From NCBI GenBank assembly GCA_963805045.1, contig CAWDTC010000021.1:45559-109558 (forward strand): a stretch of 64,000 nt of DNA, read 5' to 3'. Origin of the DNA: Candidatus Aminicenantes bacterium (GTDB lineage: Bacteria; Acidobacteriota; Aminicenantia; Aminicenantales; Saccharicenantaceae). Position 1 is the stretch's first letter; each line of letters opens with the position of its first letter. The position numbers and the translations under genes are program-made. Under the pieces are notes generated by a model. It ran no database searches and was not told where the DNA came from. It saw nothing but the letters and a program-made list of their open reading frames with translations. Below are positions 45,503 to 54,534 of this stretch, piece by piece.

Positions 45503-47787
45503 CCATCACCATCGACGGCCGGACGATCGCCTTCGAGGGGCGGCCCATGATCCTCGAGCTCGCCCGGGCCAACGGGATCGACATCCCTTCGCTCTGCGAC
45601 CATCCCGTGCTCGAACCGTACGCCGCCTGCCGCCTCTGCCTGGTCGAGGTCAAGGGCCGCCGGGGCTATGTTCCGGCGTGCAGCACGGCCGCCGAGGAAG
45701 GCCTCGAGGTCCGGACGGCGACGCCGGAGCTCGCGGCCCTGCGGCGCGGGATCCTCGAGCTCATCCTGGCCGAACACCCCAACGCCTGCCTCATCTGCGC
45801 CGAAAAGAAATCCTGTGACGACTACAAGTCGACGATCCGCAAGACAGGCGAAGTCACCGGCTGCGTCCTCTGCCCGGCCAACGGACGCTGCGAGCTGCAG
45901 CGCGTCGCCGAGGCCGTCGGCGTCGAGCGCGTCCATTTCCCCTCCGCGCGGCGGAAGGGCGAGGTCCGGCGGGACGACCCGTTCATCGACCGGGACAACA
46001 GCCTCTGCATCCTCTGCGGCCGCTGCGTCCGCGTCTGCCACGAGGTGAGAGGGGCGACGGTCCTGACCTTCGTCTCCCGCGGCTCCGAGACCGTCGTCGA
46101 CACGGCCATGAGCCGGCGTCTCGTCGAATCGGGCTGCCGCTTCTGCGGCGCCTGCGTCGACGTCTGCCCCACGGGCTCGCTCTCCGAGCGGGCCGTCCGT
46201 TACGTGGGCCTGCCCGATACGGAGAACCCGGCGCTCTGCCCGTTTTGCGGCCAGGGCTGCAGTCTGACGATCGGACTCAGGGACGGCCGGATCCTCGGCT
46301 CCGCCCCCGACCCGAACGGGGCCGCGAACTGCGGCCAGGCCTGCGTCAAGGGGAGGTTCCTGGTGAGAAGCGCCGTCGACCATCCACGCCGCCTTCTCCG
46401 GCCGATGGTCCGCAGGGAGGGCCGGCTCGAGGAGACGAGCTGGGACGAGGCATTGGCGGCCGCGGCGGGGCGGCTGGCTGACATGCCGGCCGGGACGTCC
46501 GCCGTGGCCATGTCCGCGCAGAGCTCCTGTGAGGACCTCTTCGTCCTCCAGCAGTTCGCCGCGGAGATCCTCGGCGCGGGAGCGTTCACGGCTCCCTGGA
46601 ACGGTTCGGTGGCCGCCGCGCTTCGCGGTCTCGGCGGAGCGGCGCGGCCGGCGGTCCCCATGAACGTCCGGTTGTCCGATCTCGCGCGGCGCGGGCGCTG
46701 TCGTGAACTTCGGCGAGGACTTGCCCTTCACCCAGCCGATCGCGGGCGTCGAGGTCACTCGGGCGGTCTGGCACGGGGCCTCCCTCGTGAACGTCGCCCT
46801 CGAAGGCGCCCGGCCTTGCGGCCAGGCCTGCGTCGAGGTCGACCTCCCGTCGGGAGAAGTGACGAGATTCCTTTCGGTCCTGGCCGCGCTCGTCCTCAAC
46901 CGCCGCGGCCGGGCCTCCGTCAAGGGCGCGGGAAGTGTCAAGTTCAAGGCCGGCCTGAAAGCGCTCGATCTGGCCGCAGCGCGCGCCGCGCTCGGGATCT
47001 CCGAGGAGAAACTCGCCGCGATCCCCCGGGCGCTCGAAACTCCCGGGCCGGTCTTCTTCCTCGTCGGACCCGCCTTCCTCAAGGCGGCCGGCGGGCGGAG
47101 CGGGCTGGCCGCCCTCTGGAACCTGGCCGTCCTCACGGGCGGTCGGGTCGTTCCGCTCGACCCCGAAGCCAACGTGCGCGGCGGACTCGAGATCTCCGCC
47201 GCGTTCCCGTCGAAGGCCGCCATGGCCGAGTCCCTGGTCGCGGCCGCCGCCGGGCGAGAGATCCGGGCCCTGTACATCGCGGGACCTTTCCCCAAGTTGG
47301 AGCCGGGCGCGGCCGAACTCGTCATCTTCCAAGGAAGCTATGACGCCGGGAACGCCGAAGCCGCCGACATCGTCTTCCCGGAGACGACGTCATTCGAATC
47401 GGAAGGGACCTTCGTCAACATCGAAGGCCGCTCCCAGCTCTCCCGCCGAGCCGTCGAGCCGCGGGGCGACGCCAGGCCCGGATGGGCGATCTTGGGGAGT
47501 TGGCCGCGAAGATGGGCCGGACGGATTTCGTCCCCTCCTCGGCCGCCGGCATCAGGAAGGACATCGCCCGCGCCGTTCCCGCCCTGGGCGGGCTGGCGGC
47601 GGACGCCGTCCCTCCGGAGGGCGTCTTCCTGGCCGAGGAGCCGAAGACGGCCGGATTCATCGCCGGAGGCAAGGAGGCTCCGGGCCGAGGCGCGGAGACG
47701 GCTCCGGCGCGGCGGGACCCGGATGATTACAAGGGTCTGAACCTGGCCCTTGAGACGAAGAGCCTGAGGCTCGTGCGAGGACGATGA
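45499..47787 (+). CDS. NuoG-like Fe-S subunit with a degenerate molybdopterin-oxidoreductase-like C-terminal domain, with at least 3 frame breaks
   Basis: MTITIDGRTIAFEG..CRLCLVEV (2Fe-2S), CILCGRCVRVC and CRFCGACVDVCP (4Fe-4S), and CPFCGQGCS..NCGQACVKGRF (MopB-type cluster). It continues in ORFs 46703-47740 and 47482-47787. I could not see a Cys/Sec-His catalytic pair. Confidence 0.75.
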
Positions 47788-48621
47788 TGCCCAAGATCCT
47801 GGAGCGACGGCGCCTGGTGCCCAACTTGCACCTCATCGAGGTCCACGCCCCCGAGGTGGCCAGGAAATGCCGGCCCGGGCAGTTCGTCATCGTCATGCCC
47901 GACGAGAAGGGCGAGCGGATCCCTCTGTCGATCGCCGACTGGGACACGGAACGGGGCTCGGTCACGGCCGTCTTTCTCGTCGTCGGCACGACGACGCGGA
48001 AGCTCGCCGCGCTCGGCCCCGGCGCCGAGGTCCCCGTCTTCGTCGGCCCGCTGGGCCGTCCCTCCGAGATCGCCGCGTTCGGAACGGTCGTCCTGGCCGG
48101 CGGCTGCTTCGGCATCGGGGCCCTCTGGCCCGTGGCCCGGGCGCTCAAGGCGGCCGGGAACCGCGTCATCGCCCTCCTCGACGCCAAGGCGGACTATCTC
48201 GTCTACTGGAAGGACCGCTACCTCTCGGTCTGCGACAAGCTCCTGTTCTCGTCGCGGGACTATGCCCTCGGCTCGAAGGAGTTCGTGCCCGGGCCGCTCG
48301 CGGCGGTCCTCAAGGCCGAGGCGCCGGTGGCCCGGGTCATCGCCGTCGGCTGCACCTATCTCATGTACGCCAGCTCCCAGGCCACGCGTCCGCTGGGCAT
48401 CAAGACGATCGTCAGCCTGAATCCGATCATGGTCGACGGGACGGGCATGTGCGGCGCCTGCCGCTGCACGGCGGCGGGCAAGACCAAGTTCGCCTGCGTC
48501 GACGGGCCGGACTTCGACGGCCACGAGGTGGACTGGGACGAGCTTTTCGCGCGGCGGAAATCCTACTTCGACGACGGAGGTCCGCTCGCTCTGCCAATGG
48601 GAGGAGCGCGAGCTCCCTTAG
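47784..48621 (+). CDS. nfnA: NfnA / sulfide-dehydrogenase-beta-like FAD and [2Fe-2S] subunit; the 3' end depends on a frame correction near 48575
   Basis: MMPKILERRRLVPNLHLIEV..RPGQFVIV..RIPLSIAD..MVDGTGMCGACRC..KFACVDGPDFDGHEVDW. With a +1 correction it ends EVRSLCQWEERELP at 48619-48621. Uncorrected, the ORF ends at 48761. Confidence 0.8.
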
Positions 48622-48757
48622 GACGAGGGACGAACAAGGCATGGCCGAGGACAAGAAGGAAAGAGCTGGCCCCGGAAGAAAAGGCACGGCTCCGGGCCGG
48701 GTTCGAGAAGGAATGGCGCAAGGAGCTCCGCAAGGTCGCTTCCGGTCAAAGGAGCGG

Positions 48758-50149
48758 ATGAAGGGCGCCCGCCAGAAGATGCCGGAACGCCCGCCGGATG
48801 TCCGCAACCGCGATTTCAAGGAGGTCAACCTCGGCCTGACGCCGGAGATGGCCCAGGAGGAGGCCCGGCGCTGCCTCGACTGCGCCAATCCCCAGTGCGT
48901 CACCGGCTGCCCCGTGTCCATCGACATCCCGGGCTTCGTCAAGCTCATCGAGGCCGGGCGACTTCCTCGAGGCGGCCTGGAAGCTCAAGGAGACGAACTC
49001 GCTGCCGGCCATCTGCGGCCGCGTCTGCCCGCAGGAATCCCAGTGCGAGGAAGTCTGCACGCTCAAGAAGGCCACCGGGATTTCCGTGGCCATCGGCAAC
49101 CTGGAGCGCTTCGCGGCCGACTTCGAGCGGGGCAGCGGCTCCCTGAAGATCCCGCCCCTGCCGCCGCCGACGGGAAAGAAAGCGGCCGTCATCGGGGCCG
49201 GGCCGGCGGGGCTGACGGTCGCGGGCGACCTGGCCAAGCTCGGCCACAAGGTCACGATCTTCGAGGCCCTCCACGAATCGGGCGGCGTCCTGATCTACGG
49301 CATCCCCGAGTTCCGGCTCCCCAAGGCCATCCTCAAGGCCGAGGTCGATTACCTGCAGGCGGCTCGGCGTCGAGATCCGGACGAGCTTCGTCGTCGGCCT
49401 GACCGCGACGATCGACGACCTGCGGGCCGACGGCTACGAAGCCTTCTTCATCGGCTCGGGCGCGGGACTGCCGAACTTCATGAAGATCCCCGGGCGAGAA
49501 CCTGGTCGGCGTCTACTCGGCCAACGAATACCTGACGCGGGTCAACCTCATGCGGGCCTACGCATTTCCCGAGCTACGACACGCCGGTCTTCAAGGCCAG
49601 GACGGCGGCCGTCATCGGCGGCGGGAACGTCGCCATGGACTCCGTCCGCACGGCCAAGCGGCTGGGCGCCGAGCGGGCCGTCATCGTCTACCGCCGCTCG
49701 CGGACCGAGATGCCCGCCCGGATCGAGGAGATCCACCACGCCGAGGAGGAAGGGATCGAGTTCCAGCTCCTGACGACGCCCGTCCGCTACTTCGGGGACG
49801 AGCACGGACATGTCAGGGCCATGGAATGCCAGAAGATGGGGCTCGGCGAGCCCGACGCTTCGGGCCGGCGGCGCCCCGTCCCGATCGAGGGCTCGGAATA
49901 CACGATGGAGGTCGACCTCGTCGTCTGCGCCATCGGCCAGAGCCCCAACCCGCTCATCCCCCAGACGACGCCCGGCCTCAAGGTCGGCAAATGGGGGAAT
50001 GTCGAGGTCGACTGGACGACCATGGCGACCGAGCATCCCGGGCATCTATGCCGGCGGCGACATCGTCCGGGGCGGGGCGACGGTCATCCTGGCCATGGGA
50101 GACGCCCGGGCTCGCGGCCGCCGAGATCGACAGGTATCTTTGCCGCTGA
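48758..50149 (+). CDS. nfnB: NfnB / GltD-like NADPH-dependent oxidoreductase subunit (FAD, 2x[4Fe-4S]), with about 6 frame breaks
   Basis: MKGARQKMPERPPDVRNRDFKEVNLGL..RCLDCANPQCVTGCPV..ICGRVCPQESQCEEVC..AAVIGAGPAGL..IGGGNVAMD..IYAGGD..AAAEIDRYLCR. The reading steps +1 near 48958, 49366, 49498, 49576, 50032 and 50106. Confidence 0.85.
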
Positions 50150-50359
50150 CCTCGGCCGAGGACCTGAACGACTTTTATAAAGATCCTCCGCCAGACGATA
50201 TTCTTCCTTGATATCGGCAGGGACAGGGGGATCCCTCCCTGGCGATGTTCGAAGCGGTCCGGTGCCTTTCGAAGAAGGCGAACCCGTCCCCCGTCATCGA
50301 GCAAAAATCGTCCGACCCATATCTGGATACGGCAATATGGTTTTGCTCGTCTCAATGCA

Positions 50360-50737
50360 TCAAACACCAATTGAAGTACGGTCATCATTTTCTCGATGAA
50401 AAACTGCCAGATAACAGTCGCTCAAGTAAGTCCTTCGAGCGCTCCCGCCACAGCAATCCGCAAGGGCCGACAGAACGAACATGTGCTCTTCGTTGGGCTT
50501 CAGCTTGCTTTTCTTCGTCCGTCGCGTCTGCCGTCGCTTTGACCATAGCGATGAACCCAATACGTTGTATGGGCCGCGACAGCAAGGAGCAACACCGATC
50601 AGGGTCAGGAGGATCCAGTCCGGAATCACCCACCGGGAGACGTTCAGCTTGACCCCCCACTTGAGTATCCCGAGCACCAACACGACGGCTCCGCATGCCT
50701 CCGCCAAGAACTTGATAAGCGCTCTCCAATAGCTCAT
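50360..50737 (-). CDS. Hypothetical membrane protein, probably broken and continuing toward about 50150 in other frames
   Basis: 125-aa ORF with two hydrophobic helices and a basic linker. Protein-like stretches in two other minus frames follow it (..FDALRRAKPY.., ..PADIKEEYRLAEDLYKS). It is the first gene of the low-GC island. Confidence 0.3.
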   Translation of the reverse strand: MSYWRALIKFLAEACGAVVLVLGILKWGVKLNVSRWVIPDWILLTLIGVAPCCRGPYNVLGSSLWSKRRQTRRTKKSKLKPNEEHMFVLSALADCCGGSARRTYLSDCYLAVFHRENDDRTSIGV

Positions 50738-50797
50738 CTTGACCTCTGGTCAATTGTCATGAGACGAGGCTCCTCCGGCCCATCTCACGCTGATCCC

Positions 50798-51375
50798 CTA
50801 TGAAAAGCCTCTCGCCAAGACTGCCCCAGCCAACAACGGAGTTTCTTGGGCCTTGCACGCTCCCCTTAACGTATCAGCGAAGTGCCATGGCGTCAAGTCG
50901 CCAAGCGAACCGTCCGGCCGGAATTCGTTGTCATCTTCGCGCTACTTCTCTATCGTCTCCGGAGCGTCCTCCATTGACAAGAACCCATTCCCATTCAGGC
51001 ATGTATCCCGAAACGGGCCGTTGACCGACCCGACTGATATTATCGATTCTCGTTAAGGCCCGGCACCGAAGGCCGTCAAAGAGGCTATCGACGACAAAAT
51101 CCATGCTCCATTAGGCGTTAAGTCGGTTCCTCTCCGGCCGGGCTACCCAACGGCTACCCGTGGCATGCCGACGGGAACGCTTGCGCCTCAGGATGCTCGA
51201 CACGTTCCCGCCTCTGGGCAGGCTTCAGAATATTATTGAACTGCCGGTTCTCCTCCTCCCGTTACCTCAAGCAGGGCGAAACGCATTCCTTGATTTTCCC
51301 GACCGGGTTTGCTATACATTTGTTGGGCCTTTTAGGAATCGTGCTTTTCCCCAAATTCTTCGCTTCAGAAAATGA
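50798..51375 (-). mobile_element. Decayed, internally deleted IS3-family transposase relic (OrfA tail plus OrfB fragments)
   Basis: Minus-strand fragments in shifting frames: AQQMYSKPGRENQGM; REEENRQFNNILK (leucine-zipper end of OrfA); LRRKRSRRH..RPERNRLNA*WSMDFVVDSLFDGLRCRALTRIDNISR; FRDTCLNGNGFLSMEDAPETIEK*REDDNEFRPDGSLGDLTPWHFA. The DDE core between them is missing. A TAG sits where the conserved Trp of ..IE.WR.DYN.. belongs. Confidence 0.75.
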
Positions 51376-51397
51376 ACCGAGAATCAGAAGGAGGAAT

Positions 51398-52686
51398 ATG
51401 GTGGCTGATAAATCGTACAATCCATTTGAAATAGCCCAAGCTCAGTTCGACAGAGTGGCTGATCTTCTCGATTTGGACAAGGCGACCCGGGACTTGCTCC
51501 GTTATCCTCTGAGGGAATACCATTTCAGCATCCCCGTTCGCATGGACGACGGCAAGGTCCGGATATTCAGGGGGTTCAGGGTTCAGCATAACGATGCGCG
51601 CGGCCCCGGCAAAGGGGGAATCCGTTTCCATCCGATGGAAAATGTCGATATCGTTCGTGCCCTCGCGATGTGGATGACGTGGAAATGCGCGGTGGTCGAT
51701 ATCCCGTTGGGCGGAAGTAAAGGCGGCGTCGTGTGCGATCCGCACAATTTGAGCCCCCGAGAGCATGAACAGCTCTGCCGCGGCTGGGTCCGCCAGATCG
51801 CCAAGAATGTCGGTCCCCATTTGGATGTTCCGGCTCCCGATGTGATGACGAGCCCGCAACGATGCTGTGGATGCTCGATGAGTTCGAGACGATCCATGGC
51901 GGCAAGTATCCCGGTTTCATCACCGGCAAGCCGGTCAGCATCGGAGGCTCGCAAGGCCGGACGGAAGCGACCGGCTACGGAGTTGTCTTCACGCTCAGGG
52001 AAGCCCTCAAAGATCTGAATCTGAAGGCCGAACAGACTCAAGCCAGTGTCCAGGGATTTGGCAACGTGGCCCAATATGCGATTGAACTGTACCAGCGGAT
52101 CGGCGGGACCGTGACCTGCGTTTCATGCTGGGATCAGGCAGATAAAAGGTCCTACAGCTATCGCAAGAAGCAAGGCGTCGGTCTCGAAGAGCTCTTGAAG
52201 ATCACGGATGCCTTCGGCGGCATTGATCAAAGCGAAGGCCAGGGAGATCGGCTATGAAATACTGCCCGGCGAAGCCTGGATCGAACAGGACGTCGACATT
52301 CTCATCCCGGCCGCTATCGAGAATCAGATCACCGTCGAGAACGTCAACAAAATCGGCAAGCGCGTGAGGATCATTGCCGAAGGGGCCAATGGGCCGACCA
52401 CACCCGAAGCCGACGCCGTGCTCAGGAGCGGGATATTTTCAGGATTCCGGACTTCCTGGCGAATGCCGGCGGCGTGACGTGCAGTTACTTTGAACAAGTC
52501 CAGAGCAACATGAATTATTACTGGGAGAAAGACGAAGTGCTGGCCAAGCTGGATGCCAAAATGACGGCGGCCTATATCGAGGTCCGGGAACTTTCAAGAA
52601 AAAAGAAACTGAATATGAGAGATGCCGCCTATGTCATCTCCATCAATCGGGTCGCTCAGGCATGCCGGGATCGTGGCTGGGTATAG
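51398..52686 (+). CDS. gdhA: Glutamate dehydrogenase (Glu/Leu/Phe/Val dehydrogenase family), with at least 3 frame breaks
   Basis: AAGGAGG then ATG at 51398. [12 protein letters not shown] and [18 protein letters not shown] (catalytic Lys block). Pieces 51862-52257, 52208-52477 and 52474-52686 follow. The first break looks like a lost A in CAAACG near 51858. Confidence 0.85.
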
Positions 52687-52760
52687 CCATTCCGTCCCGG
52701 ACAGATTATGCGGAACTTCAGCGATGCTTGATACAATCGAGACGAGGGGGCTCGAATTCA

Positions 52761-54514
52761 ATGAACAAGCCAAATCAATGGCCATCGGGGGGGCATGACA
52801 TCCAAGAGTTTCAGGGGGAGTTTTTCGATCCCAACCGACGCTTGACCTCGATCGGATCGGGCTCCATCGGCGCCAAGGCCAGCGGATTGGCCTTCATCGA
52901 CGAGGTCTTGAAATCAAAGCTCAACTCCCAGGATTCCGGGCAGATTCAAGTCAGCATTCCTTCCTTGACGGTCATTCGCACCGATGTCTTCGATGCGTTC
53001 CTGAAGCGAAACGGCCTGACCGACATGGCCTATTCAGAATCGGCCAACGACGTGATCGCCCACGCTTTCCAAAAGGCCCTCTTGCCCGCCGAGATCCTCG
53101 GCGACTTGCGCGGCTGATCGAAAAAGTCCACACGCCGCTGGCCATCAGATCTTCCAGCATGCTGGAAGACGCGTTCAATCAGCCCTTCGCCGGCATTTAT
53201 GTCACGAAGATGATCCCCAACAACCAGCCGAGCCCCGATGTCCGCTTTCAGAAGCTGATGGAAGCCATCAAGCTCGTCTACGCCTCCACGTTTTCAAAAT
53301 CGGCCAAGGATTACCTCAAGGCGATCAGGCGTTCCCTGACGACGAAAAGATGGCCGTGATCATCCAGGAGGTGGTCGGTTTGCGTCATGCGGATCGTTTC
53401 TATCCGAACATCTCGGGCATAGCAAAATCGTACAATTTCTATCCTATCGGCCGCTCAAGGCCTGAAGATGGCATGGCCAGCCTGGCCTTGGGCTTGGGAA
53501 AAACGATCGTCGACGGCGGAACATGCTGGACTTACTCGCCGGCCTATCCCGGCATCAGCGCCCCGTGGCCTCGGCCGGCGAGCTCATGGAACAGACTCAA
53601 GACGAATTCTGGGCCATCAACATGGGAAAGCCCCCGGCCTATGACCCTCATTAAAGAAACCGAGTACATGGTGCAGTCGAATCTCTCCGATGCGGAGGCG
53701 GATGGCACGCTGAGCAACATCGCCTCGGTTTATGATGTCCAGGAGGACAGGATTTCCATGGGACTTGACCGCGAAGGGCCGAGGGTGCTCAACTTTGCCG
53801 GCTTGCTCGTCCTGAAAGGAGTTCCCTTGAATGACGTGATCAGTTCTCTCTTGAACATATCTCAACAGGCTCTCGGGGCGCCGGTGGAGATTGAATTTGC
53901 GGCGACGTTCAACCCCTCATCGTTTCGGATTTCTGCAGGTCAGACCGATGGTTGTGCCCGGCGACGAAATTGACATCGCTGAAGAAGAACTCAAAGGGGA
54001 AGACGTCTTCTTAGCGTCCAAAAATGTTTTGGGGAACGGGATCATCGAGACAATCCGGGACATCGTCTACGTCAAGCCGAAAGAGTTTGAAGCCAAGTAC
54101 TCTCCGCGCATCGCTCTGGAATTGGAGACGGTGAACAGAGGACTTCTTGACAAAGGACGGCCTTACTTGCTCATTGGATTCGGCCGATGGGGGAGTTCCG
54201 ATCCCTCGGCTGGGATACCGGTCGAATGGGGACAGGTCTGCGGCGCCAAGGTGATCGTGGAAGCGACCGGGCCGACGATGAAGGTCGAGCTGAGCCAAGG
54301 ATCGCATTTTTTCCACAATCTCAGCAGTTTCGAAGTCTGCTATTTCTGTGTTCCGTATTCAGGTGAATATTCGATCAACTGGGAATGGCTAAGCCGGCAG
54401 AGGGGTGAACAGGAGACTCAGTTTATTCGCCATGTCGTCTTGCCGACCCCCTTGCAAGTTAAAGTCGACGGAAGAAGCGGCCGGGGCGTCATTCGCACGC
54501 CCCGATCTGCCTAA
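52761..54514 (+). CDS. PEP/pyruvate-binding (PPDK_N ATP-grasp) domain protein, paralogue 1, with at least 3 frame breaks
   Basis: IGSGSIGAKASGLAFI, LAIRSSSMLEDAFNQPFAGIY, MAVIIQEVVG, VEIEFAA.., then a C-terminal module LLIGFGRWGSSDP..SQGSHFFHNL. Pieces 52662-53117, 53159-53359, 53350-53973 and 53891-54514. Confidence 0.75.
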
Positions 54515-54534
54515 GGGAGACATCCATAAACATC

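Noticed and set aside
48622-48757. Alternative NfnB start at ATG 48641 (MAEDKK..) and a longer NfnA ending at 48761.
   Set aside because: Starting NfnB at 48758 (MKGARQKMPERPPDVRNRDFKEVNLG) reproduces the usual N-terminal length of NfnB/SudA proteins without extra frame corrections. However, the 137-nt interval does contain a protein-like charged stretch (KELAPEEKARLRAGFEKEWRKELRK), so the boundary remains uncertain.
50150-50260. A partial tRNA-Glu 3' duplicate that would mark the left end of the low-GC island.
   Set aside because: No match to TGGCGCCCCCGACGGGATTCGG or its complement is visible near the boundary. Only a short palindrome (CCTCGGCCGAGG) and a GGGGGATCCC motif occur there.
50245-50652. 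135-aa plus-strand ORF at the left edge of the island.
   Set aside because: It is Ser/Arg/Cys-rich with no motifs, and it lies opposite a minus-strand ORF that has clear transmembrane helices. I treat it as a shadow ORF.
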